A stretch of DNA of 64,000 nucleotides from Ylistrum balloti (GCF_031769215.1 NW_026782361.1:1178001-1242000), one strand, 5' to 3'; positions 1-13,400 are shown, numbered from the stretch's first letter. The notes: generated by a model not told the origin, from the letters alone. Translations and numbers: made by a program.

Positions 1-341
1 GGAAGGGCTTAATTGCAAGCAACCCTCATGTTCCTGGAACACCTACAAAAGTGGTGAGGGAGATTATTTGTGGTAACTCAAAATATGATGTTGTTAGGTG
101 CCAATCTGAAACATCTGAACCTTTGATATTTACATTGATCTTAAAGAGGAACATAAAGTTCCAGTCAATGCAGTTTGTTAATGTCTTCAAATTAGAGGTA
201 TCCTTTGTTCAACAAAACATCCTAGCATAATTCCTTAACCAATACTTTCATTTCTTAACAACAACAGATAAATATTGCTGTAGGATATATGCCATATAGG
301 TCGAATTTTTTCAAATAGATGACTGTAGTATAACCACTCAC

Positions 342-2433
342 CAGGTAGGAGAGAAGTTCATCACGGTATAGGTTCCAGGGAGATTCACCGACATGTAGGC
401 GATGACGCTTCAGTGCAAGCTTCCAGTGGTGGTCACCATGGATGTCCTAACAACAAAAAACTTTAAACTTACATCTTGAAATGCTTTTCTTTAACAAAAA
501 TAGGCATTCTCTGTGTCTGGTATTGTAGTTGTGAAGTTATAGAAGAACCATCTTCATTATAAAATGAAGTTTCACAAATTCTGATTGCTTGAATCACCAT
601 TGATTACCTTCACATCTGCGATAGGTTCTCCGAAGTCGCCTGGGAGGTGATGCCACCGAATTGTACCATCAATGCCGTTAAGCGCAAATGAGGAGAAGTG
701 TGTCAATGTGTTGTCTTCTGTAGTGTGTTCTGTTTCATTGTCCGTCTCACTGTTAACAATGTAATTTACTCTCTCATTTACTAAAGGCACAATGTAATTA
801 ACATCTACTAATAACATGGTGAGAGGAAGAAGCTGCTAGTAATTATAGGGTTGGTTAATGACTTAAAATCATTACAAAGTTTTAAGGTATAAACAAAACA
901 TTCCAAGTAGTTACCGGATGAAGTTACAAAGTAACAGTAATTTCAATACAAAGTTAAAAACTCCTGGTAATTAAAAGATAAAGTTATAAACAAACAGTAA
1001 TTACAAGACAAATTTACAGAATTACAAGATAAAGTTATAAACTTACAGTAATTACAAGACAAATTTACAGAATTACTTTTAAACTATATCAGAATGGTAT
1101 TCAAATGAATTCTATAATGAACTTGTAAAGAAGATAAACCTCCATGATTCTGATGTATATGTTACTGATAACAGAATTACTTTTAATCTATATCAGAATG
1201 GTATTCAAATGAATTCTATAATGAACTTGTAAAGAAGATAAACCTCCATGATTCTGATGTATATGTTACTGATCAGACAAATTTACCTTCCAGAGGATGA
1301 ATTTGACAACAAAATGTTACTGGTTCAAAACATCAAGGAAACAACAAGGAAACCAAGATGAGAGATAAAGTCCTTTTCATATTTTGTCATTCAACATGTC
1401 ATTCTTTTCATTCAGTGGTCTTTGCCTGATCTTGTTATTACTTACTTGTATGTAACAACTTTCCCATGTGTTTTGTGTGTAAAACTGCCCCCAATAATGA
1501 CAAGGCCATGGTCATCCTTCCTGACCTTGTGGGATGTGATGATGACCCCCATGTCCTTAACGATGTAAGAATCCTTCACATGACTTATATCCATTAACTT
1601 TTTCTTCCATAGCAACTGCAGTTCTGAGTCGTAGCACAAGACATGCCAATCATCAGTGACAATGACAATTATCTGTTAAAAACATGGTAAAAACTTGTGA
1701 CTAAACCATTTGTTTTTGTGTTAAAGCAATAATTATTCATCTCTACTTTGAAAATTTTATTTTGTTAATTTTTATTCAATGTTTCATTCTAGATTTAACA
1801 ATGTAACCAAAATTGAATTCTTTAGAAAAAGATTCTCAAAAACTTTCAGCTTAACATTACGTTCTTATTAACTTTTGTCCTGACATCAGTAAAGACAGTT
1901 TGAGTTGACACAGAATCAATGTACTAGTGTCTTTTTATTGTATACACACATCATTACCTACATTAAAGAAAACATAACTCTACCTGCTTTCGTATTTGCA
2001 TAAGAGACAAATATGGTACAGTGAATCCTGTCTCCATGACAACTGGTCTGCTCCTCCAACCATTGGCTTCATCAGCCAATGAGAGTGCAACCTTGTGTTT
2101 GACTATGACATGTGGGAGCGTTTGATCATCTTCATCTGTCTCTGTAACATTTGGGAGTGCCAGAGAGGAAAGTTTGAAATCACTTGATATGAGGAGGATC
2201 TCATTGACTCCATCACTTTCAAGATCAGTGATTACTGGAGGTGGAAGGCGGTCCCGCCTTGTAGGGAATTCTGAGTTAGCATAAGCCTGGGTCTCCACAC
2301 GTTTACGCCACACTGGCTTCAGTATATATGAGTCATTGGCGCGGAACAGGTATGCAATGATGCAGCATAGCACCACAAATATCACATTATTAGCATTCAG
2401 ACTTTTAATTCTGTTCCATAAAACCTCAAACAT
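342..2433 (-). CDS. FG-GAP/beta-propeller protein, NERD1-like (Arabidopsis At3g51050 family); 3'-partial, continues past the left edge
   Basis: Exons (minus): 2433-1984, 1672-1446, 1319-1287 (33-nt microexon), 749-608, 446-342; all GT-AG, phases 0,2,2,0,0 consistent. N-terminal hydrophobic anchor (VIFVVLCCIIAYLF). Motifs DRLPPPVITDLESDGVNEILL, IVIVTDDWHVLCYD, GLVIIGG and HFSSFALNGIDGTIRW match the plant NERD1 sequence as I recall it (DRLPPPIVADLNGDGKKEVLV, VVVVTSGWSVLCFD, GLVIVGG, HFSVYAFAGKTGLLRW). Probable non-coding exon at ~4330-4256 (donor GAAA|GTAAGA) spliced to the acceptor at 2456. Confidence 0.85.
977..1275. repeat. Local tandem duplications (~50-bp unit x2, then ~105-bp unit x2) in an intron of the NERD1-like gene
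   Basis: GATAAAGTTATAAAC...CAAGACAAATTTACAGAATTAC occurs twice. ATTACTTTTAA..TATATCAGAATGG...TATGTTACTGAT occurs at ~1072 and ~1177. Confidence 0.9.
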
Positions 2434-3487
2434 TCTTCAGAGTACATGAAGATGATCTAGAAATAAAACATGTAAAGCAATGGTCAACAACAATATCTTT
2501 TGTGAATCTCTGTGTCAATTACTTACAATAACTATGCTTGTGAAAAAGCCCAAGAAACTACCAACATGTCAACGTAATCATAATCCAAACTCAAATTCAA
2601 TGAAACCAGTTGAAAGTTGTTGCTGTTAGTTTTATTTGCAGGAAAAGATTAAGATAAGCCGCCAATGTCACAGAGGTCATGTTTTGATTTTAAAGAGTCT
2701 GCAGGGAATCGAACCTTGGACTTCCATTTTACTAGCCTCTGGATTATTGTCAACAGATAAGGTAAAGAGAAGATCTCTTGCCAACCAGTATATTTTTATA
2801 CCAACTGATGAACCATACCACTTGTCAAACTTGCCATTAATCACAATGTAATTCTTGGCTCAACTGATTAAACTCTCCTTCTGTAAGAAAGACTTCTTTT
2901 TATTTACTGCTGTAGATGGTCCATTCATAAGGAATTGTTATTCTAATGACTGAAATAAGCTGTTTAATCTGTATAGAACTTGGTAACAGACTGCAGGTAC
3001 CTTTCTAGGAATATGGAATGAGGGGTGTTTTTAATGGTGTTAATATTAAAGTTTACTCGAGTAAAAGCAAGATGAAAAGTTAATCCTAGGTATTGGTAAT
3101 TTTATTTGAGGGATAGCTAATCAATCAGTTACACAAATGCAGAACCATTTGAAATAGACAACACATCAAGTTCTTTGAACATTTGCAACAAAAAAATGGC
3201 ATCATATTTTTGACATGACCCAATAGCCAAAGCAACATTGTAAATTTTTACACAAAAATGTGAATAATTCATTTGTCTCCATGTTGGTAAAAATCACAAA
3301 CTTTAACACCTCAATTGCTCATAACGGGGCTAAACATAGAACACATGTATATTCATGCTGCACATTTGCACAAAATGTCCCCAATGATTATACACTTACG
3401 TCAATGGAGATCAAAATGAATTGTTATTTCAGCACATTGTTAGATAACAGAAAATCATAATTCTTATACAAATACATACAGTATAAT

Positions 3488-3880
3488 AGGAAGGAGTAAT
3501 GAAAAACCCTGCCAGTGCTGGGGTTTGAACTAGCTTGACACTCTACAGTTTAACTAAAGGGAAATTCCAACTAGGCAAGGCTTGTAAGGCAACCTTTACA
3601 AAGAACTTCTACACTACTCACTCCTTCACAAAGTCTTTGACTCAAAATTAAAGACAACTTCAACACATATCTCCATTGAAGTATCTCAATCCCCTATGGC
3701 TTCTACCTTTGGAGTGGTAAACAAAACCAAATATGTAAGGAAGGAGTAATGAAAAACATCCTACCACGGCTGGGGTTCGAACTAGCGACCTTTTGATCTC
3801 TAGACAGACACGATACCGCTCGGCTTACAGGAAATTCCCACTAGCCAAGGCTGGTAAGGTATACTCAATTTCTACAAAAG
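3488..3880 (-). mobile_element. Two diverged tandem copies of a short element with an internal tRNA-like (A box/B box) segment; SINE-like
   Basis: Copies at ~3488-3630 and ~3737-3880 share AAGGAGTAATGAAAAAC and GGAAATTCC.ACTAG.CAAGGCT.GTAAGG. The minus strand of copy 2 reads TAAGCCGAGCGG (A-box-like) ... AGTTCGAACC (B box), but has no acceptor stem. Confidence 0.55.
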
Positions 3881-4255
3881 TGTCAAATCGACTTTTTGGT
3901 CATGTTAAGACAGTGGCGTCTTTTTAGTTGCAATCATTTAAAAGAACTTCTTGTTTTTCTATTTCAAATGATCCTGCATTTGAGTAACGTATAGATTACA
4001 CAAAGCAGTAGTTATCTCTTAAATGAAGGACTATTACCAATATGCGGGGTTGTGCAAACCTGTAATAATGCATTTATTACAATGATTAGAAAATAGTTGA
4101 TCTGTAACTATGCAGTGAAATTTATCCAAATTTACAGCATGCCGCAAACAAATATGTTGCGATAACTTACCATTTATACATTTAACACTTGTGATAAAAT
4201 AATACGGGCCAGGAATAATCATACATAGGTAAAATACTCTCTACATAGGTCTTAC

Positions 4256-4460
4256 TTTCAAGTCGATATTCTTTCGCCGGTTCAACCGAAAATCCCAGAA
4301 CATAAAACGTCGTAAGTTATCTGCCCCTAGCGGAAGTAATAATTTCCAAGATGTCAGCGCCCATATATAAAAAGTGCGCGGAAGGCAGTTGTTAAGTATA
4401 AGGAGAGTTGATATCGTTAAAACATCAAAGGGTTGTTATTGACAACAAAATAAGATGGCT
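4256..4460. promoter_or_regulatory. Bidirectional promoter between the NERD1-like gene and NELFCD
   Basis: The minus-strand non-coding exon (donor at 4255) and the NELFCD ATG (4455) lie within 200 bp. The region is CpG-rich, with an ETS-like GCGGAAGT (~4331) and a YY1-like AAGATGGC overlapping the NELFCD ATG. Confidence 0.65.
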
Positions 4461-7400
4461 GACTACGATGATGACGATAACATGTGGGATGAAGCAGGTG
4501 GAGAGGTACAGTATATATTTTTTCTTCGTTTACATATTTCAACTGGTCACTGTTCAAATCTGAAAGTGCCACTGTCACTAGCACTTTTGTTAATGTGGAC
4601 CGAAAAAAAGTCATCTACATCTCCTGGAGCATGATCATTTAAAATTTGGTGTAACTGAACTTATTTATCCAGAGTTATTGCCCTTGAACTTTGAATTTTT
4701 TTAATTGGTTGATCAGTTTTTGCTAATTTTCTCAGAAATAAAAACGTTAAATGGGAAACTAAATTGATATTTGAGTGTAGTTTATAGTTAAGATATGATA
4801 AAAGCAAGTTAAACGTCATATTTTTGTAACAATCAACATATTGGTCACAGTAATTGCCCTTGGCCATAAAAAAAAACAATCAAGAAACAGAGTTAATGCC
4901 CTTGGACTTTAAAAACAAATCAAGAAACTCCACTCGCTTTCGAGGAAGTGGTTGGAACCGTTTGGATAACGGAACCTGCAGCACATACAGTTTCATTGGT
5001 CCAACCTGTCTGAATACCATTACTTTTCAGACATTTGCATTTCCCAAAAATGTTATATACTGTATAGAATAAAGATATTTAAGAAATTCCGAAGCACCTG
5101 TGTTTTCATTTTTATAAATAAAATTTCCAACATCGCATTCAGGTGTATTCATTGATAGTGAAATAATTCCATACCACCCACAGCCCCTTTCAGCTTGTTG
5201 ATGCAAAAGCTGCCTAAGTTACATATGGAAATATTTGGGGAAAAAAGATCTGCAGCAGTATTGCTTGCACAAAAACACCTTTAAGTAAGCTTTGGTTAAG
5301 TGTAGTTACTTAAAACTCAGGAGTTCACCTCTTAAAAAGCTGACAGCATTTCAAAATAATTAAAAAACCAAAACCAAAACATCTCTCTGTATGCTGGCAG
5401 GGGCATATGTCATAATCTGCTTTTCATCATAATCTACTTTATTATGCCCTGAAGTGTATTATTTATTACAAACATAATATACTAACCAAATTATATTACA
5501 TTCTGGGTTTTCCATAAGAGCCGGTTGCCGGCCAATTTGACCGGCTACTTCGATCATTTGGCCGCCAACACCAATCCAGTTCCGTAATAATGTTCTGTAC
5601 ACGACTGCACAGTCGCCTACTTTCACTACACAGCCTACTACTAACAAAATTATGGAAAACCCTGACATTGTATTTACTTGTTTTATGTGGTGCTAAAATT
5701 TACTCAGATACCAGGTCAATTAATGCACCTTTAATTTGCTGTTCATCTTCCTTTTCCCAGTCACCAGATTTAGAAGATGAAGAAGAAACTATGGCTATCC
5801 ATCAAGAATGCATTACAGCTTTTGAGTCTAAAGATTTCATCATGGAACCCGGTGTTTTTCAGTTTTTGAAAAGGTGACTGAAAGTCCAGCCATAGTCTGG
5901 TAGAAAAGTACCTGGTATTACAAAAGAGAAAAAGTGTTGTTCATTTAATCCCATCTCTGTAACAGAGATTAACAAAAAACAAGTGATAAATTTGTGCATA
6001 TAGAAGGTATATATAAACTTGGAATGATATTGGCACATCTTATGTAATCAATTCTAGTTATTAAGTATTACTGTTCCCTCCATAACTTTTTATACCGTGT
6101 ACTAAATTTCAAACATGAATCTTCACTACCTATATGTATTTGGGTGCCAAGTTCAAATGGAAGAGAATCTTGCAATGTCTTCAAACTTGTAATGCATAAA
6201 AAATCTTTCAATAATAACTGTTTCATGCCGCAGATTAATTTCAAATCTGGAATGCAATATGGCATTAACTCGAAACACATGATAACACCAAAGTTATCAG
6301 TAAGTGAATCAACAAGATAAAGAACTTGGAAAGAGTAATGGAGACAATGCAGTCTGATACAGTTTTATTTTTTGAATTGTCCACATTTCTGCACTAAATT
6401 AAGTTAATGTTTCTTTATGCCAGGTTTCTACAGGCAGGTGGCTCCCCGGAAAAGGTTGTAGAGATGTTATCTGAGAATTACACAGCTGTAGCTCAGACTG
6501 TTAATCTTCTGGCTGAATGGCTTATACAGGCTGGTGTGTGTTCAGATAATTTCACTAACAGTTACAATGTCTTCAAATAAAGTGTTATGAAAAATGTACT
6601 TACTGAATAAGTAACTTGATAAAGGTACTGATTTGAGTTTTCAACTGCTGAGAAATAATGAAACAAAAGACATTCAGTGAAATCTGAATTTTAAGTGTGT
6701 TTTTTTCTTACTTGTAGGTGTAGACATCAAAGTTGTACAGGAAATGGTAGAAAATCATCTCAAGGCTATGATCCTGAAACACTTTGATCCCAAAAAGGCA
6801 GATTCTATTTTCACAGATGAAGGAGAGGTAAAAAAAAACCACTTTCCTACTTCGATTATAATGGTCAACATCCTTGTTTTAGAATGAACTGTGAACATGC
6901 TTCCTGTACAAATGTAGCATTTGTGACATTTCATGATAGGCCAGTTGACATGATAAAATACATGATGGTGAAATAATTGAAAATCTCCATTCAATTTTGA
7001 ATCTCAAAGTCAATTTAATAACAATTTTGAAATCTAACCTTTTGTTTTGATTTAGTTCTCTTGTTAGAAGGGAAAGTGAACTTTCCTACAAAGTGATATG
7101 CTGTCTGTTCATTTGTCCTCCATTTTCATCACATTTTCCCTTTAAATAGCTCCTCTCAATAATCAAATAGTCCATGGTCTTTATAATAGGCCAGAAGCAT
7201 GCTGAACTGAATGGCTTTAAAGTTTGCAAATGAATGACCTTGTCTCACTGTCATTTGTCTTATCATCTCAAACAACTTCTTCAAATAACTAAAAGGCCTA
7301 GAATGATGATTTTAGGCAGTAGGAAGTTGAATGAGAGACTATATTATAAAATCAGAGCAATACAGATTATAACATACCAGTAGTTATTCAAAATGTGTTG

Positions 7401-10400
7401 TTCATCAAATGCAGCCACATGTTGTGTATTTTATAGACACCATCATGGCTTGCAGAGATGATAGAATTCCCTACTTGGAGAGAACTTTTCTATAAATTGG
7501 CTGAGGACTATCCAGATTGTCTCATGTTGAACTTCACAGTAAAGGTGTGTTTAAAATGTTATCAAACTGAAGGTGTTCTTATTTATATATCATTATATGT
7601 AGTGTTGACCTAGATTCAAACTGAAATTGTATGAAAAAATATACTTGAAATTGTTAAAATAAATACTCTGACAAGGTACTGGATATATATTTTCAAAAAG
7701 ACAGCTGCTGCCTTACTGATGAGTACAGGAACATTTATTGCAAATATGCTTACTTTAATGGACAAGTTTGAATATCTGTAAGATTTTTTTTTTTAATTTT
7801 AAGAATTACACAAGGTTTTGTTAATATGCTGTTCATTCATGTTTAGCTGATCTCAGATGCTGGCTACCAGGGGGAGATAACCTCAGTGTCAACAGCTTGT
7901 CATCAAATTGAAGTTTTTTCTCGTGTGTTAAGAACATCAATCACCAGTTTATTAGAAGGAGGTGAGGAGGCTGTCAAGAAAAACCTCCCAGAGTTTACAG
8001 TAAGTCCTAAAAATTAATAGATGCTGCATAATTCTTAACAATCCGTTGAGTGCATGATATATTAGCTCATTTTAAAGGTAATTCTGATAAGATATGTATT
8101 CAGTCAAGTTTATCATGGCATTCTGTCACCAAAAACAAAACAATCAAAAAAAATCTATGTACCTGGAAAGAAAAGATGATAGATAAGTTTTTCAGCCATC
8201 AATAATGATGTTAATTGCTTTTCCTCAGAAAATGGTTTGTCACGGAGAACATACCTACCTTTATAGCCAGGTGTTGATGCACATCTTGGCTAATGAACCT
8301 CGTGGGGGGTCCAACATTCGTAGATTGTGTCAGGAATTACAGAATGGAGCCAAGGACCGGTTAGTATGATATGCATTTATCAAACAGATATATGATAGTG
8401 TTTAATTCATTATTTACTCTTCTGTATCTTAATCCAAGTTGGTATAGAAAATTGCTATTCTGCATGTCTGTTTTACAATACATTTTATTACACACTCATT
8501 TTTCAATAAATCAGTGTCTTATTTCATTATATTTTGCCTGTAGTGATTATATTCTACAACTGGACAGTACCTTACCGTGTTATCTACAGGAATGTACTGT
8601 GTAGAGTTTGCTTTGTAACTGTCATCTTGGAGATGATATATGAATTTACTTGTATAAAAATTTGATACAAAAAGATAAATAGTATTCTACCTACATTTTC
8701 TTTGATGGAGATAAAAGGACTGATCTTTTTGTAACTAGAGGCCTTGATGTGACACCTATCACCCTAGCCCTCAGCGGAGCAGCAGCCTACCCACGAGCAT
8801 GCTCAGCCCTTTCCTCTATGTTGTCACGACATGCCCTAAATCCAGCAGATATCTCTATTGTGAGTATGTTTCTTGAAATTTTAACATTCTTTTACCTTAA
8901 CTTTTTCCATAACACAATTTTTTTATGAGTGGTTGATTTATCTTTACAAAATTTTGTTCATCAAACAGCTCTTCAATATGTACTCGGAGATGAACCCACC
9001 TCCTGTTGACCTCATTAGGGTTCCAGCTTTTCTAGGTAAGCTTTGCTTTTTATATTTGTCTGTTTTTCTGTAAGTTCAGAACCTTCATATTTGAATATTT
9101 TCTATATCTGAATACTACAAACAATATGGCTATTGTTTCAAATACGATTACTGAGACAGTACAGCTATTGCTTCAAATCTGATTACTAAGACAGTACAGC
9201 TATTGTTTTAAATCTGATTACTAAGACAGTACAGCTATCGTTTCAAATCTGATTACTAAGACAGTACAGCTATTGTTTCAAATCTGATTACGAAGACAGT
9301 ACAGCTATTGCTTCAAATCTGATTACGAAGACAGTACAGCTATCGTTTCAAATCTGATTACTAAGACAGTACAGCTATTGTTTCAAATCTGATTTCAAAT
9401 CTGATTACGAAGACAGTACAGCTATCGTTTCAAATCTGATTACTAAGACAGTACAGCTATTGTTTCAAATCTGATTACGAAGACAGTACAGCTATTGTAT
9501 CAAATCTGATTACTAAGACAGTACAGCTATCGTTTCAAATCTGATTACTAAGACAGTACAGCTATTGTTTCAAATCTGATTACTAAGACAGTACAGCTAT
9601 TCTGACTTCCTTCTGAAGATAAGGGGTTAATTATGTGGTAGTGTATAGCAATATTTTCCATTTCGTTGAAGATTTCTCTAAGGCAATAGAGTAAGTAATT
9701 TGATATATTCACCAGCTAATGAGCCGACCTGTATGTATTGTTGTTTAGTGTAATTGCAAATCATTACCATTGTCCTGTAATAAACCCACCCTCTGACTTT
9801 TGGGGAAGAAGTTCAAGTAGCCCTCTGTGCTTGAACAAGAAAAGTACAGTAATGATATCAGACAACTAGTAAAACATTACCATTTCTTCCATTTCTAAAT
9901 AGATCTACGATTTTCTGTTTTTCCATCAGATCTTCTCATTGAAGCATTATTTCGCCCATCATCACGCATCAACCCTGAACACAAGGCCAAGTATGTGTAT
10001 GTTTTGGCCTATGCTGCCAGTGTGGTGGAGACCTACAAGAAGGTAATTCTCTGTCTGTCCCTATTATGGCTGGAAATGACTTAATATTATGGTAACCTTA
10101 TTAGTCAATGCATAACCAGCCCTGACATAGAAATCAGTGTAAAAAGTGACATCCCACAAAAGTATCAAATCTGTAGAGTAATCTGTAAAAAAAATGATTA
10201 AGAAATATCCTAAATGGACTGTTACATGGTGATGGTTGAACAAAAATACCGAGCTTCTTATCTTGTTTTTTCTTGACATGAAACATGTAGGTTGTCCATT
10301 CAATATATCCAGATTTTACATACTGATCAGCTGCAGCAAATAGACTTGATTTGAAAGAAATACTGAAATATTTTCATGAAATTAAAGATAAGATTCCTCT

Positions 10401-13400
10401 CAGTTAAACTTTCATATAAACCATCAAGAATTCATGACCAAGTTTTCATTCATTGAGACTGAATATTGACCTGGCTAAGTTAAATAGAACTTTCATCATC
10501 AAAATTTATGATTAAGTTTGTGATTTCAGGGTCAGAGAAAGAACATTGACCGAGGTGAGCTGAAGCCGACTACACAAGCATTAGAAAAAGTACAGGCTTT
10601 GTGTGCAGAGAACAAAAGCTCTTCTGAACTTATAGCTGATGTTTCTACTCTCTTCTTAAACATAAAGTGAGTTGTTAATATAAAGCTTATAAAGCTCTGT
10701 TATCTCAGTGATAATTTGTTGGTATTACAGGATGTGTTTATATCATGTGACAGATTTCTTTTGATAGCATTGGTTAGTATTATGGGATATATTTATGTCA
10801 TGTGACAGATTTCCTGTGATAGCATTTGTTAGTATTATTGGAGATATTTATGTCATGTGACAGATTTTTTTGATAGCATTGGTTAGTATTATTGGATGTA
10901 TTTATGTCATGTGACAGATTTCCTGTGATAGCATTTGGAGTACTCAAGTGGGTGGATTACACTGTAACGGACACCAGTTACTTCAAGCTGAACACGGACC
11001 ACACACCCCTTCATCTTGTACTCATTGACGAGGTGAGTAGTGAGGAAGACTTGATATGCTGTTTGTACACTTGTGTTGTAGGTATTAGGTATGAGACAGT
11101 GATGTGTCACAATGATTCAGTATACATTACTATTCAGGATTTAGGTTATTGGAATTAACATTAGAATTTGCCTCTGAATCAACATCACCTGAAGTTTTGG
11201 TACAAATATTGAAATCAGTTTGATGTAATTTACCTGATAAGTAGTGATGTTTGATATATATGTCCCTAAAGATGTAACATTGATTCAAAGAGTATTAACA
11301 GCATTATCTTCACATGGTGAAACTGTTGAAATTACTGTCAGTATCCATTGTCAGTCACAACAGAAATCGTAGATGGAATCTAATAATGTTTCTTCTTTCG
11401 ATTTAATTCCTTTAAATTAAGTGACAAAAAGAGCTGTCATTTCTAGAGCAATTTTATTTATATGTTAGGTAAACATCATCTGCAAACCTGTTCCTTGCGT
11501 ATTAACCAGAATCCAATATGCTATACTATACCATACTTAACATGTACTTCTATAGTATAATTCCATTGCAAATTCATTTCTGTTTATGAAATGTTAAAGA
11601 GGGTAGGTCAACAGTTTACATACTTGAACCTTTTTGTTCACTCCATGAAATCAGCATCATCATATTCTGTGTAAAGCAGAATAGTCAGGGTTATAGATTT
11701 TCAAATCACTACTGTTTTTTTTTTCTGATGAACTGACATGGTTGTGTTGTAGATTGTTACCAACCATCACCTGCTGCACCTGAAAGCCCTGGAACTTCTA
11801 GTGAAACTGTTTGAGTCACAGTTTGAGGAGCTTGATGTTTTAGTCAGGGTAAGTCTTAGTGAGTGTGACAATGTAATTACAGACATTACTTGGTTGTGCA
11901 TATGAATTTGGCAGATAATTGTATCTGTTTCTGACACTACCTGATTGTGAGTGTGTATGCTCTCTAACAGATGATTTTATCTATAACTGACATTACATGG
12001 TTGTGTGTATGATAACTGACATTACATGGTTGTGTGTATGATAACTGACATTACATGGTTTTGTGTGTATGATAACTGACATGACCTGGTTGTGTGTATA
12101 ATAACAGACATTACATGGTTGTGTGTATGATAACTGACATTACATGGTTGTGTGTATGATATCTGACATTACCTGGTTGTGTGTATGATAACTGACATTA
12201 CATGGTTGTGTGTATGATAACTGACATAACCTGGTTGTGTGTATGATATCTGACATTACATATTTGTGTGTATGATAACTGACATAACCTGGTTGTGTGT
12301 ATGATAACTGACATGACCTGGTTGTGTGTATAATAACAGACATTACATGGTTGTGTGTATGATAACTGACATTACATATTTGTGTGTATGATAACTGACA
12401 TAACCTGGTTGTGTGTATGATAACTGACATTACATGGTTGTGTGTATGATATCTGACATTACCTGGTTGTGTGTATGATAACTGACATTACATGGTTGTG
12501 TGTATGATAACTGACATTACATATTTGTGTGTATGATAACTGACATAACCTGGTTGTGTGTATGATAACTGACATGACCTGGTTGTGTGTATAATAACAG
12601 ACATTACATGGTTGTGTGTATGATAACTGACATTACATAGTTGTGTGTATGATAACTGACATTACATGGTTGTGTGTATAACTGACATTACATGGTTGTG
12701 TGTATGATAACTGACATTACATAGTTGTGTGTATGATAACTGACATTACATGGTTGTGTGTATAACTGACATTACCTGGTTGTGTGTATGATAACTGACA
12801 TAGCCTGGTTGTGTGTATGATATCTGACATGACCTGGTTGTGTGTATAATAACAGACATTACATGGTTGTGTGTATGATAACTGACATTACATAGTTGTG
12901 TGTATGATAACTGACATTACATGGTTGTGTGTATAACTGACATTACATGGTTGTGTGTATGATAACTGACATGACCTGGTTGTGTGTATGATAACTGACA
13001 TTACATGGTTGTGTGTATAATAACAGACATTACATAGTTGTGTGTATGATAACAGACATTACATGGTTGTGTGTATAACTGACATTACATGGTTGTGTGT
13101 ATGATAACTGACATTACATGGTTGTGTGTATGATAACTGACATTACATGGTTGTGTGTATGATAACAGACATTACATGGTTGTGTGTATGATAACTGACA
13201 TTACATAGTTGTGTGTATGATAACTGACATTACATGGTTGTGTGTATAACTGACATTACATGGTTGTGTGTATAACTGACATTACATGGTTGTGTGTATG
13301 ATAACTGACATTACATGGTTGTGTGTATAACTGACATTACATGGTTGTGTGTATAACTGACATTACATAGTTGTGTGTATGATAACTGACATTACATGGT

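Noticed and set aside
1-45. Next exon of the NERD1-like gene (acceptor-like TTTTGTAG at ~43-50, VFQEHEGCLQLSPS)
   Set aside because: The translation does not resemble the expected continuation (PH.W...DT in the plant homolog); it cannot be supported from this window.
3763-3836. Functional tRNA gene
   Set aside because: A and B boxes are present, but there is no acceptor stem, the T stem is imperfect and the anticodon stem is poor; treated as a SINE-like remnant.
4655-5095. Possible Helitron-like element with three GAGTTA(T/A)TGCCCTT motifs in NELFCD intron 1
   Set aside because: The motif repetition is real, but I could not define termini, so no element is called.
12140-12430. 96-aa repetitive ORF
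   Set aside because: Artefact of the 29-bp minisatellite in NELFCD intron 13.
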